A stretch of DNA of 64,000 bases from Octopus vulgaris. Lineage: Eukaryota. The notes below the pieces were generated by a model. The model did not search any database, had not been told where the DNA came from, and saw only the letters and a program-made list of their open reading frames with translations. Shown one piece after another: positions 26,909 through 40,430 of the stretch. The stretch lies in contig OX597837.1 in NCBI GenBank assembly GCA_951406725.2, positions 21,514,001-21,578,000 on the forward strand. Reading direction: 5' to 3'. Position 1 is the first letter of the stretch. Every line of letters begins with the position of its first letter. Both the position numbers and the translations under genes were made by a program.

Positions 26909-27489
26909 GTATATATATATATATATATATATTCTTTTATTTGTTTCAGTCATGCTGGAGCACCACCTTTAGTCGAGCAAATCGACCCCAGGACATAAAT
27001 ACATCAGCATCAGTTGTCAAGCAATGTTGGAGGGGACAAACACACACACATACATATATATATATACATACATACATATGATGGGCTTCTTTCAGTTTCT
27101 GTCTACCAAATCCATTCACAAGGCTTTGGTCAGCCCGAGGCTATAGAAGAAGGCGCTTGCCCAAGGTGTTGCGCAGTGGGACTGAACCTGGAACTATGTG
27201 GTTGGGAAGCAAGCCATTTACCACACAGCCACTCCTGCACCTATATATGTATATATTTGTGCTTTTGTTTGTCCCCTCCATCACTGCTTGACAACAACTG
27301 TTGGTTTGTTTACATCTCTGCAACTTAGCAGTTCACCAAAACGAACTGATAGACTATGTACTAGGCTTCAAAAAAAAAAATAATAAGTATTGGGGTTGAT
27401 TTGTTTGACTAAGCCCTTGTAAGCGATGCCTCAACATGGCCACTCTCCAATGAGTGAAACAGGCAAAAGATAATGATGACACACACACA

Positions 27490-27540
<51 letters not shown>

Positions 27541-27985
27541 TCAGTCATTTGATTATGGCTATGGTGGAGCACTGCTTTTGAAGAATTTTTAATCCAAGGA
27601 ATTGACTCCAGTACTTTTTGTTCTTTTGTTATTTAAGCCTGATACTTACTTTATTGGTTTTGTTTTGCCAAACCACTAAGTCACAGGGACATAAACATAA
27701 CAACACTTGTTGTCAAGCAATGGTGAGGGACAAACACAAAGACACATATACGATGGTCATCTTTCAGCTTCCGTCTGCCAATTCCACTCACAAGGCTTTA
27801 GTTGGCCTAAGGCTATAGTTGAAGACATTTGCCAGGGTGCCATGGGTACCATGCAGTGGAACTGAACCCAGAATCACATGGTTGGGAAGCAAACTTCTTA
27901 CTACATAGTCATACTCGTACTTATAAATAGGAGGGGCTTTTCTGATAATTTTTCCTCTTTAATAATTAGATGTTAATTAACCATA

Positions 27986-28367
27986 GGCGCAGGAGTGGCT
28001 GTGTGGTAAGTAACTTGCTTACCAACCACATGGTTCCGGGTTCAGTCCCACTGCATAGCACCTTGGGCAAGTGTTTTCTACTATAGCCTCGGGCCAACCA
28101 AAGCCTTGTGGGTGGATTTGGTAAACGGAAACTGAAAGAAGCCCGTCGTATATGTGTGTGTGTGTTTGTGTGTCCATGTTTGTCCCCCCAACATCGCTTG
28201 ACAACTGATGCTGGTGTGTTTACGTCCCTGTAACTTAGCAGTTCGGCAAAAGAGACCGATAGAATAAGTACTAGGCTTACAAAAAATAAGTCCTGAGGTT
28301 GATTTGCTTGACTAAAGGCAGTGCTCCAGCATGGCCACAGTCAAATGACTGAAACAAGTAAGAGTAA
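27986..28367 (+). mobile_element. tRNA-derived SINE (same family as 4254)
   Basis: Full-length copy with a short aaccat duplication at its flanks. Confidence 0.85.
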
Positions 28368-31300
28368 ACCATTAGGTGTTTAACATATAATTATTAAAGT
28401 GGAATAATTATCAGAAAAGCCAGTCCTATTCATCTTCTGTGTGTGTGTGTGTATGTGTGCGCGCACTCATGTGTGTGTGGCCATTTTATTTCCACTTGCT
28501 ATGCTGGCATGAGTTGGACAGGTCGTCATGTTTCAATTCATTTTTTCATTGAGAGATGCAACTTCCATGGACTAGTATTTGCCTGCATATACAGCCCTGT
28601 ATGTACCTGCACCAATCAATGGGAACAGCTTGCGAAGACCTGTTGAGGCAAGTGAAATTGAAATTGAATTCAAAATTGAACCACATCCGATTACTGGCAC
28701 CCATGCCAACCTCCCTTCATTGGACACTAAACTCTGCCTGCAAAGACCTGTTGGGGCAAGTGAAATCAAAATTGAACCAAATTCGATGACTGGCACCTGT
28801 GCCAGTGGAGCACTAACAGCTCCATCCAAGCGGGATCAATGCCAGAGCAGCTGTCTGGCTTCCGTGCCGGTGGGCACGTAAAAACCACCATTTGAGCGTG
28901 ATCGTTATCAGCATCGACTTACTGGCACTTGTGCCGGTGTCACGTGAACAAAATATTCAAGCGAGGTTGTTGCCAGTGCCGCTGGACTGACTCCTGTGCA
29001 GGTGGCACGTAAAAAGCACCATTTTCGAGTGTGGCCGTTGCCAGTACCACCAGACTGGCCCTCGTGCCAGTGGAACGTAAAAGCACCCACTACACTCTCG
29101 GAGTGGTTGGTGTTAGGAAGGGCATCCAGCTGTAGAAACTCTGCCAGATCAGATTGGAGCCTGGCACAGCCATCTGGTTTGCCAGACCTCAGTCAAATTG
29201 TCCAACCCATGCTAGCATGGAAAGCGGACGTTAAACGATGATGATGATGATGATATATATGCATGTGTGTGTGTATATATGCATGTGCACATTGTTGCTT
29301 ATGTAATGAAATACTCATGTACGCATATATAAATGCACGCATGTCTATTGTAAAATTTTGTGCATCAGACCAAATTTGTCATCAGCCAACAGTAGTTGTT
29401 ATTACTACTGTGCCAGGAAGAGAGAGCTCTGTGACCAACGAAGCTGTGGATGCTAATAAGCTAATAAACCAACCAACACAATGCATGTGTATGAATTAGT
29501 GAACAGTTAGAGAATCACAAGGAATAAATCAGCATAAAATATCTGTTATGACTCACAACTCCAGACCACTATCACCAAGAGTGTTCATTTAGATGATGTC
29601 AACTTAACTTCAAGAAAATCTGCTAGTGTGACTCAATGACTAAAGCGCTAGTAAAACACTCTGAGACTAATATCACTTGCTTGCCAATGGTAGTAATTTT
29701 TTGGAAACAAGTGTAGTCTATAATATAAAGTTGATTGGTATTTATGACTGTAAATTGTTTGTAAAAAGATGAGAAAAGAGTGACTGTGTGGTAAGTAGTT
29801 TGCTTACGAACCACATGGTTCCTGGTTCAGTCCCATTACGTGACACCTTGGGCAAGTGTCTTCTTCTATAGCCTTGGGCTGACCAAAGCCTTGTGAGTGG
29901 ATTTGGTAGATGGAAACTGAAAGAAGCCCATTGTATATATGTATATATATGTATGTGTGTGTATATGTTTCTGTGTCTGTGGTTGTCCCCCAACATCGCT
30001 TGACCACCGATGCTGTTGTGTTTACGTCCCTGTAACTTAGCGGTTCAGCAAAAGAAACTGATAGAATAAGTACTAGGCTTACAAAGAATAAGTTCTGGGG
30101 GTTGATTTGCTCAACTAAAGGTGGTGCTCCAGCATGGCCACAGTCAAATGACTGAAACAAGTAAAAGAGTAAACACAGAATGTCCATTTACAATTTGGAA
30201 AATAAGGAAATAATAAACACCTTTAAAGACAAATGAAAGTGATTTAAATATTGGTTTCAAATTTTGGCACAAGGCTAGCAATTTCAGGGGAAGGGTTAGT
30301 CAGTTAATTCAACTCCAGTACTTTACTGGTACTTGTTTTATTGCCCCAGAAGGATGAAAGGCAAAGTCGACTTCAGTGGAATTTGAACTCAGAACATAAA
30401 GATAAGCAAAATGCTGCAAAACATTTTGCCTGGTGTGCTAACAATTCTGCTAGCTTGTCACCTTGAAATATTGCAATCATAGTAAAACTCTATCCTGCAG
30501 TGGTTTAAATATTAAAACAAAGTCCTTATGTTCTGAGTTCAAATTGCGCTGAGGTTGACTTTGCCTTTCATCCTTTTGGAGTTGATAAATTAAGTACCAG
30601 TTGAACACTGGGGTTGAAGTAATCAACTTACCCCTCCCCCTAAATTGCTGGCCTTGTGCAAAAATTAGAAACCAATATCAAAACAAAGTACATATCTTAA
30701 AACTTCAATGATATTTATTTAACATGCAAAGAAATTGATTATGGATTTCAACTGTAATAGATCCAATAAATTGCGGAAGTTGTAAAAATAATTTATGGAC
30801 ACCTTGTTGTAGAGAAATGTGTGAAAGACTACATCACAAAAGCTTTTAGGTATGTGGGAAGATGCTATATTCCCCATTACTCTAATGCATGTTGGCATGG
30901 AAACACTGATGTAACAACTTTATATATATATGATTTAGTCTGATGAAAACTACAGAGCTAAAATTTTAAAGTAACTGCCAGTCTTTTCTTGTTTCTTTAT
31001 TACTCACAAGGGGCTAAATGTAGAGGGGACAAATAAGGACAGACAAATGGATTAAGTTGATTACATCGACCCCAGTGTGTAACTAATACTTAATTTATTG
31101 ACCGCCAAAAGGATGAAAGGCAAAGTCAACCTCGGCAGAATGTAATGGCAGATGAAATACTGCTAAGCATTTCGCCCGGCGTGCTAATGTTTCTTATTTC
31201 TTTATTGCCCACAAGGGGCTAAACGTAGAAGGGACAAACAAGGACAGATAAAGGGATTAAGTCGATTACATCGAGCCCAGTGTGTAACTGGCGCTTATTT

Positions 31301-32770
31301 AATCAACCCCGAAAGGATGAAAGGCAAAGTCGACCTCGGAGGAATTTGAACTCAGAACGTAATGACAGCCGAAATACCGCGAAGCATTTTGCCCAGCATG
31401 CTAACGTTTCTGCCAGCTCTGGTGAATCTAGCTATATCATCATCATCCTCATCATTATCATCATCATTTAATGTCTTCTTTTCCATGCTTGAATGGGTCA
31501 GTCAGATGGAATTTGTTGAGACAGATTTTTCCCTGTTACTAACCCTCATCTGTTTCCGAGCAAGTTGTTATTTCCCATAGCCTAACATGTTTTCCATGGA
31601 AGATCATTTGTATGACAATGCAGGCCATTTGCAGCTATCGTATGATGTCTGGACAAGACACACATATGCACACATCCTTTTTTTAAGAGCCCCTTTGGTC
31701 ATGAATGACCATGGGATTACACCTAGAAAGTTGCCCTCCAAGGTACGCATCCAAGCAAGGTTATTTGTGGAAGACCAGCAGTTGCCCATGCATACCAGCC
31801 TTCCTTCTCCATGCCAATGGTGTTATCCAAGGTAAAAGAAAAGGCTGATACAGCTTGGCACCTGTGATGTTGCAACTCATTTCTACAGCTGAATGAACTG
31901 GAGCAACATGAAATAAAGTGTCTTGCTCAAGAACACAACACATAGCTCCCTCTGAGAATCAAACTCACTACCTCACAACTGCAAGTCTGGCACGTAAAAG
32001 CACCCACTACACTTCCCGGAGTGGTTGGCATTAGGAAGGGCATCCAGCTGTAGAAACTCAGATCAGATTGGAGTCTGGTTCGCCAGACCTCAGTCAAATC
32101 GTCCAACTCATGCTAGCATGGAAAGCGGACGTTAAATGATGATGATATATAAGCACCATCCGATCGTGGCCGTTGCCAGCTTCGTCTGGGCTCCGTGCTG
32201 GTGGCATGTAAAAAGCACCATCCGATCATGGCCGTTTGCCAGCCTTGCCTGGCACCTGTGTCAGTGGCACGTAAAAAGCACCCACTACACTCACGGAGTG
32301 GTTGGCATTAGGAAGGGCATCCAGCTGTAGAAACACTGCCAGATCAGACTGGGCCTGGTGCAGCCTTCTGGCTTCCCAGACCCCAGTTGAACCATCCAAC
32401 CCATGCTAGCATGGAAAGCGGACGTTAAACGATGATGATGATGATGATGATATATAATCTCGTCTCTTTGGCCCCAAGGCCATATTTTGTTTGACTGTTC
32501 ATCCTCGTCCACTGTCCTAAATCACACTCTGTGTCGTTTTGCTTGTTTTGTTTTGTTTTGTTTACTCTTGTCCCTAATTCTCTGCAAGAAAACATTTTTT
32601 GTGGGCACCATCAGTTGGAAAACACTCAGTCTTATCGTTAAAGGTGTGAAACTGAATATTACCAATTGGTCGATAACTGATGAAGAATTACGGATCTTCT
32701 GTTTGTCTCCCATTTGTTTTTTACATTCAATATATGTTACGCCATTTGTTTATACATTTTTTCATTTATT

Positions 32771-32806
<36 letters not shown>

Positions 32807-32808
32807 AC

Positions 32809-32846
<38 letters not shown>

Positions 32847-33175
32847 TATATATAATGGACTCTCTTGTCGTTAGACAACGTATGAGGGTCCAACAATTTG
32901 TTACCGAACAACCACACAGATGCTTTGTTTATAGTGATCAAATATTTGTGTAGACATAAGCACACTCCCTCCATCAAATTGACATTTCCTGTACAGGTGC
33001 AACGGGGTGCCACATGTCAGATGTGGAAATGGTTGCAGAGCAACGTGAAATTAAGTGCTTTGCTCAAGAACGCCTCGCCTGGTTTGGGAATCTTGAATGT
33101 AACTTCCTAACCACTAAGCCATGCACCTTCACATACATACACACACACACATACATACATACACAGACACACATA

Positions 33176-33790
33176 TCTATTATATAAAATCCGTTCTGTC
33201 TGTGTGTGTGTCTTCTAGGATCTCAGGCATCCTCCATCCGATTGCGCTCAAATTTGATATGTAGATACCGACGGTATCAGGGCATGTATAAGTCTTGAAA
33301 AAATTACAAAAATCATTTCCAGGTTAGAATGTGATCGATAAAGCCGTGGAAACGTGCATTTGTACACGCAAGTACATCAGTCGAAATCCGTCTTTTGCTG
33401 GTGTCTCAAAATTTAGGTTAAATCAGTGTTTCTCAAAGGGGAGGGCTATGAGATGGTCGGACAAGTTGTTTTGAGAAAATTTGGCTTAAATGTTTGACAA
33501 CTCAGCACCATCCATTGGACAGGGGGCGTTTTGTTCATCTCTTATATAAAATCCGTTCTGTGTGTGTGTGTATCTTCTAGGATCTTGGGCATCCTCCATC
33601 CGATTGCGCTCAAATTTGATATGTAGATGCTGATGGTATCAGGGCATGTATAAGTCTTGAAAAAATTACAAAAATCAATTGCAGGTGAGAATGCGATCGA
33701 TAAAGCCGTGGGAACGTGCATTTGTACGCACAAGTATATCAGCACCCTCCATTGGACGGGGGTGTTTTGCTCATCTCTTATTATAAAAGG
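33176..33790 (+). mobile_element. Head-to-tail Helitron/Helentron-like units
   Basis: Two related units start TC..ttatataaaatccgttctg and end in cc(a/c)tccattggac(a/g)ggg hairpins, followed by a third TC-headed unit. Confidence 0.55.
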
Positions 33791-34264
33791 CAGATTTTAT
33801 CTGCCTCCCTTTGGGAGTTATACAAATCTACAATATAGGATTTCTTCAATTACAATTTACCTAGCATTTTTAAGAGTACAATGCATCGCATCATGCCAGG
33901 TCCAGTTTTTAAAATTTAAACTCCAATTAAGCAAAGTTTACAGAAAACTCACATTCTGGTGTGTGTGTCAAATGCTTTTCTTAGTCTGGTTTACACCACA
34001 CGCAAACGCACACACACAGTGTGCAACGAATAAAATGAAAGTAAATAGCGACAGAGTGATTTGAGGAAGACTAAACTGAAAGTATTCTGTCTATGACGCT
34101 GATAGATACATGAGTAAAATGTATGGGAAGCTAAGAGCTAAGAGTGAGTGAAAATGTTCTTGGAAGAGAGTAAATAGCGAGAGAGAGAGTGATTTGAAGA
34201 AGACTTTACCGTAGTGGCTTGTGTTAGTAATAACCGTAGTGGCTTGTGTTAGTAATAAAGTAAA

Positions 34265-34590
34265 CATACACTCATACATACATACATACACACACACACA
34301 CATACACACACACATACATACACACACACATACATACACACACACATACATACATACACACATACATACATACATACATACATATACATACATACATATA
34401 CATACATACATACATACATATACATACATACATACACACACACATACACACACACACAGTATTGAAGCTTGAGAACAATCAGATACATTTGCAACACATC
34501 TGTTGAAAATATTATTGTTCACACACATACATATACATATATACATACAGACAGACAGACAGATAGACACACACACACACACACACACAC
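34265..34590. repeat. Compound (CA)n/(CATA)n/(CAGA)n microsatellite
   Basis: Direct reading; it is the source of several spurious ORFs. Confidence 0.9.
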
Positions 34591-34640
34591 ATGATCCAGC
34601 ATGGCCACAACCTCAAGGCTGAAACATATAAAAGAATAAC

Positions 34641-35010
34641 AGAATATAAATGTGTGCAAAGTACAAGAAATATTAATGCAGTATATGGAGATTGGACAAT
34701 AAGCGTAAGGCAGTGTCAATGGTGGTTCCAGAAATCCCGAGCCATAAACTACAGCCTAGAAGATGAGCCTCATCCTGAAAGATCTGTAGAACTCGACAAG
34801 GACATCCTGAAAACCCTGGTGGAACAAAATCTCATCGTAACTGTTGGGGAACTAGCAGAGAAGCTTGGATTTGGTCATTCAACCATTCATTGAGACCTGT
34901 GTGCTATCGGAAAAGTCAGCAAATTGGGTCAATGGGTTCCTCACAAACTTTCCGAGTCTAATTGCATGCAGAGAGTGAATGTATGCTTTTCTTTGCTGTC
35001 ACATCTCACC
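34641..35010 (+). pseudogene. Decayed mariner transposase N-terminal fragment
   Basis: NINAVYG...QCQWWFQK...LEDEPH...ELAEKLG...STIH* followed by KLGQWVPHKL (mariner WVPHEL motif); in-frame stop. Confidence 0.85.
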
Positions 35011-35028
35011 ACTACTGCGCTATGTATA

Positions 35029-35670
35029 TCTATATATATAAAACTGTAGTTGTGTGAGTGTCTGTCCCCTTCGATTTAGATTCCTAACTACTCCCGGTGC
35101 AGTTTAACCAAATTCGGGTAGCTTATAGTCGTGATTCATATCGAGCCCGTCTGAATATTAGCGCGTGTCTACGATGAGTCTACGATGAGTCTACGATTTT
35201 AAAAATAATTTAACATCATTTTTTTATTCCATTTTAATGCATAATTTTTTCGTGTGTCGATGGCGGCGGAGTTGGCGTCCACGCTCACACCTGCACCTGT
35301 GGGGAAGGGAGTGTAAGGAAATCAACGTCGTAATGCGTTGTCAAGGAGACCAGTGTTCTTTTAGAACCAACTACTTCATGGCTTGAAGACACCAAAACAG
35401 AAATGGCTAAGAAAGCGTCTACATGAGTCTACGATTTAAAAAAAAATTTACCATCGTTTTTTTTCCATTTTAATGCATTTTTTCGCTATTATATAAGGGA
35501 AGTAACTCTCTAAAAATGTCTACGATGAGTCAACGATTTTTAAAAAAATTTACCATCATATTTTTTCCATTTTTAATGCATTTTTTGCTATTTTTTGGCT
35601 ATAACTCTCTAAAAATGCTTATATAGTTATTTCCCTTACAAACCCGAGCAATGCCGGGCGATACTGCTAG
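35029..35670 (+). mobile_element. Non-autonomous Helitron-like element
   Basis: A|TC start, subterminal hairpin cccgagcaatgccggg, CTAG|T end, internal tctacgatgag repeats. Confidence 0.8.
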
Positions 35671-36218
35671 TACATATATATATACATACAATAGGTTTCC
35701 TTCAGTTTCTGTCTAACAAATTCATTCACAAGGCTTAGGTCAGCCTGGAGCTATATTAGAAGACACTTGTGCAAGGTGCCAAACAGTGGGACTGAACCCA
35801 TGATTACAAAGTCAGTTTCTTAACCACACAGCTATGCCTGCACCTAACTTGTATAACATTATTCTCGTTGTTCCTATAGTCTGGCTGTTTTTACCTGGTG
35901 TTATTCCAGGGGAGGTAATAACTCAAATGGAGAAAAAATATATATTTATATATAAATATGGAGAGAGAGAGAAAGGGGAAAAGGAGAGACAAAGAAAGGA
36001 ACAGAAATAATGAAATCAATGAGAAAATAGAAAGAAAAAAAACACTAGAGAAAGAGGGAGAAGGTCTATATTAATTTGTCTTTGTGTGTTTAAATCATAA
36101 GCACTCTCAAATGTTTGACCCTTAAGCATTTAAATCAGCCATAACCGGCCCAAATATTATACCTGTTTTATGTACAGACTGGCCATATTGAACCTCTTAC
36201 ACCTACCCTGCAATGTCA

Positions 36219-36640
36219 GGATCTTTTCGGTTTGAACGGCAGTTTTTTCTAGCGGTGTCATATGAAATTGTCACCCATAATTATGACCCTAGTATCGATC
36301 TATTGCATTTCATTCTGTTTTAGGGTTAGGGTTAGTTAGGAGTGGGAGGAAGGGTATCTTTTTTTCTTCACAAAGGTAAATAAACCCAATGTGTTTCTTA
36401 AACGAGGGACATATTCATACGGCACAGAATGTTTTTTACCTCAATAGACGTCAGTGATTGGTTAAAATTGCAGAAATTGAAGAAAAAAAAACAACAGATA
36501 TCTTACAAACTATAGAATTTTCTCAATAAAGCCAAGAGAAAAAGATGTTTTATAAACACATTCTACCAGTATACGAAGATTAAAATTTTTTTGTTACCTA
36601 GAAATTATGTTAAAAACTGCCGTTCAAACTGAAAGGATCC
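36219..36640. mobile_element. MITE with ~29-bp TIRs and 8-bp TSD (possibly Merlin-like)
   Basis: CAATGTCA|GGATCTTTTCGGTTTGAACGGCAGTTTTT ... AAAAACTGCCGTTCAAACTGAAAGGATCC|CAATGTCA; nested in a TTAA MITE. Confidence 0.8.
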
Positions 36641-39033
36641 CAATGTCATACTAAATATAAACAATCACATCATCGAAATATCAACACAAAAAGATAATGC
36701 ATGATTGATTCAAAACAATGTGAATAAAGAAGCATTACATTTGACTGAGTAATCTGAATACTAAGGGGTTAATGAAACAGTGTCATGAAGATTTATAAAT
36801 TTTTGCATTAAAAGATATGTTGATGGTTAAGTTAAAGTGAAACAGCCTTAGTTAGCAAATAGCTGTGGATGTAACATTTTTATCTTTTACGTGTTCTAGA
36901 CCAAATACTGGGACACTGGCTCTTTTATGTGTGTGTGTTATTAGCATTCAGATCAGCCATATTCACTCCAAATATTCTATTTGCTTTTTGTTCAAACTGG
37001 CCAGATTCAGCCTTTCACACCTACCCTACAATGTCATTCTAAAAGTAAACAATCACATCATTGAAATCTCAAAGCTATGAGATTAATTCATGATTAATTC
37101 AAAACAAAATGAATAAATAAGTATAGCATTTGACGTCGCCTTACTGGCACTTGTGCCCCGTGCTAGTGGGGTGCTAAGAGCACCATCCAAGCGTGATCGT
37201 TGCCAGAGCAGCTAACTGGCTTCTGTGCCAGTGGCATGTAAAAGGCACCATTCGAGTGTGATCGTTACCAGCGCCGCCTTACTGGCACTTGTGCCTGTGG
37301 CACATTAAAAAACATTTGAGCGAGGTCGTCGCCAGTACTGCCTGACTGGTCCCCGTGTCGGTGGCATGTAAAAGCACCCACTACACTCTCAGAGTGGTTG
37401 GCATTAGGAAGGGCATCCAGCTGTAGAAACTCTGCCAGATCAAGATAGGAGCCTGGTGCAGCCATCTGGTTCGCCAGTCTTCAGTCAAATTGTCCAACCC
37501 TTGCTAGCATGGAAAGTGGACGTTAAACGATGATGAACAACTAGCATTTGACAGAGTAATCTGCTAAAAGGTTAAATGCTTCTCAGTATTATAAGGATTG
37601 ACTGATACATATATTGGCAGAAGAGATAGTAGATGTTCAAATCTACTACCTTACACCATGGAATTTCTGCAGGTCCTACTAGTTACAATATAATTTTTTT
37701 TTTTGCAAGAATTTTCATCTGAAACAGATTTTGATTATATTATTAACCGTTTAGCATTCAGATTATTCTGTCAAACGTAATGCTTATTTATTCACTTTGG
37801 TTTTAATTAATCAGTCATTAGCTTGTGGCTTTGAGATGTTAATGATGTGATAGTTTATTTTTTGAATGACATTGTAGGTAGGTGTGAGAGGCCAGATCTG
37901 ACCAGTTAGAACACAAAAGAGGTAGAATATTTGGGTTGGATATCGCCGGCAGAATTGTTACCAGAATCCTCAGCATGCCAGGCGAAATGCTTAACAACAT
38001 TTCATCCGTCCTTACATTCTGAATTCAAATTTCACTGAGGTCAGTTCTGCCATTCATTCTTTCAGGATCGATGAAATAAGTACCAGTTGGGCACTGGGGT
38101 CAATGTAATCAATTTAACTACTCCTGGATGTGAGTATAAAAACTACATCCCTCTGCCATGCCATGTCAGGGTAGCAGAGTAAGCTCATCAAACTAGTAGG
38201 ATTTCAAGCTCAAATTCACAGCCAACTCATTAGACTATGGTTGCTAGAGAGAACATACTGAAGCCTTCATCCTGCAGTGGACTGAACATGGACAATCTAT
38301 GGCTGGTTTAAATGCTGAAGGTTTAAACTCTATAAGCACACTAACCAACTGTTATTTTATATTATATTCCCAAAATGTCCCTCATACCTTCTCAATGTGA
38401 ACTGCAGCTGTTGTGTTTACAGGCTTTAAACATGACCCCTCTTCTAAAATATTACTACATTTACAGTATAACATTTAACCTATTTTCTGTATTTTAAATA
38501 TTTGTTTACAATTCAGTTAGTTGTTGATTCTTCTCTCTAGTTACCCTATGCATTCTTATATAATGCACCGTAGCCATTCATTTCCTCTATAGCGAGACAT
38601 CTGTGTCTGTCCCTTGATCATATTTTAGCCCCTCCAGCACCTATTATAAAGTCACCTCCCTCTCTACTCAACCAAACTCAATCAAGGATCTTTTTCTTTG
38701 TCTTGTGAGCTACTTGGCAACTTCACTTGTACTGGTGTTATGAAACAAAGTACTCAATACACTCTGTAAAGAGGTTGGCTTTAGGAATGGCATCTGGCTG
38801 AATAAACCATGCCAAAACAGTCATTGGAGCTCACCTCAGTCCTCCAGTTCATTGGATCCTGTCAAACTATACAACCTATTGTATAGGAGACATAGCATGG
38901 AAGACAGACATTAAATGACAAAGAGGATCATGATCATAATGATCTTGATGATATTTTCACATAAATTCATTCATCATCCAAGGCGATGATGGTGGGGACA
39001 AACACAGACACACAAACATAAACACACACATAT

Positions 39034-39064
<31 letters not shown>

Positions 39065-39269
39065 CATATATACAACAGGCTTCTTTCAGTTACTGTCTAC
39101 CAAATCCACTCACAAGACTTTTGTCGGCCCAAGGCTATAGTAGAAGACACTTGCCCTAGGTACCACACAGTGGGACTGAACCTGGAACCATGTGGTTCAT
39201 AAGCAAGCTATTTATCACACAGCCAACATCTCCTAAATTTCTCATTCTACTGTTGTTTTATTTTTCCAG

Positions 39270-40430
39270 ATAAAAGACTTGACCCCTTTTGCAAGCACCT
39301 TGGACAGCGATACACTGGACACCTGGAGGTTTGTTTTGGCAGCCAACAACAAAACAATTCCCGTCAATACTAACCTGAAAAGTCTTAATGAAATTGTTAA
39401 TGATCCTCAAGTGTCCTGCCATCTTCCTGGCAGTGGCCAGCGAGTCTGGGTCCCCTGTCTGCCCCCACCGTCATACCAACAGGTCAAAAGTTCCCTCGTA
39501 CCACCATCGCCCTCTCCTACGCCACCTCCATTATCATCATCATTGTCATCCCAACAACCACAATCATCATCATCATCACAACCAGCACCGCCTCCATCAT
39601 TGTTATCATCACAATCATCGTCATCTTCATCTCAACCACTACCATCACCATTTTCATCGCCCTCATCATCATATTCATCATCTTCATCTCAGAACAACAA
39701 ACGAGCCACTCAACAATTAAAAGTTAATTTAAAAACTGGGAAAGATAATCTACCAAAAAATATCGGTTCCACAGGCAAAAGTGATGAAGAATGTTTCAAG
39801 AAGCTTACTGGTCGTTCTCCAAAACGTCTGTCCACTTCTCCCCTGACAGTTTCACCTATTTCCAGTAACCTTAACAACATGAAGAAGAACGAAACATCTT
39901 TTGATGATTCGTTTTTTGGATCAGAGAGTTTTATGTGTGATAAACCCGCTCAAGAAATTGACCCAGAGGTAACATCATCAGCCCAACCCCAAGATCTCCC
40001 CAAGCAAGACATATTATCTGATAGTGAAATATTAGATTTGGAAGAAACCTTAGTTGAACCAAAGAGCCCAGTGTGGGCCGAAAGATCTGACCCGTCTGTG
40101 AAAAACCTCTCTCAGGACAAAAATCTGGCCCAGTCAAATTCGCAAGATGACCATTCTAAAAGTGTTTCAGAAACAGAAAATATGCAAACACTTAATGTAG
40201 CTTTACCTGAAAATCTCCCCAGTACACGAATTGCCCCACAGTTCCATAGCACACCTGTTCATCGTATATCAGTCTCTAGTCCTCTGGCGTCTCCGACTCC
40301 AGTTTCCAAACCTCAGTTAACCGAGTCTGCCAATAAAAGTAGCGATAACTTACCTGCCAAAGCAACAAAAGGCCACATTCTGAGTTCTTCCCATAAGCTG
40401 AAGAGAAAGGCTATCAGTAACCAAATGAAG
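39270..40430 (+). CDS. REV3L: REV3L large internal exon (disordered region with REV7-binding-type motif), phase 0/0
   Basis: Acceptor tttttccAG|ATA at 39270 and donor AAG|GTAATG at 40431; 387 open codons (IKDLTPFAS...ISNQMK). Contains WVPCLPPPS (PxxxPP type) and splices in frame to the conserved downstream exons. Confidence 0.85.

Noticed and set aside
30761-30849. AG...AG|GTATGT exon-like segment
   Set aside because: Stops in all three frames and a weak polypyrimidine tract.
34091-34719. Cys/Val/Tyr- and His/Thr-rich ORFs, plus most other short ORFs in the track
   Set aside because: They are translations of microsatellites and SINEs that recur across repeat copies.
36318-36342. TTAGGG telomere-like repeats
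   Set aside because: Only 2-3 units, internal to a MITE.
39388-39720. His-rich 110-aa ORF
   Set aside because: It is the alternate frame of the (TCA)n Ser tract in the REV3L exon; no independent support.
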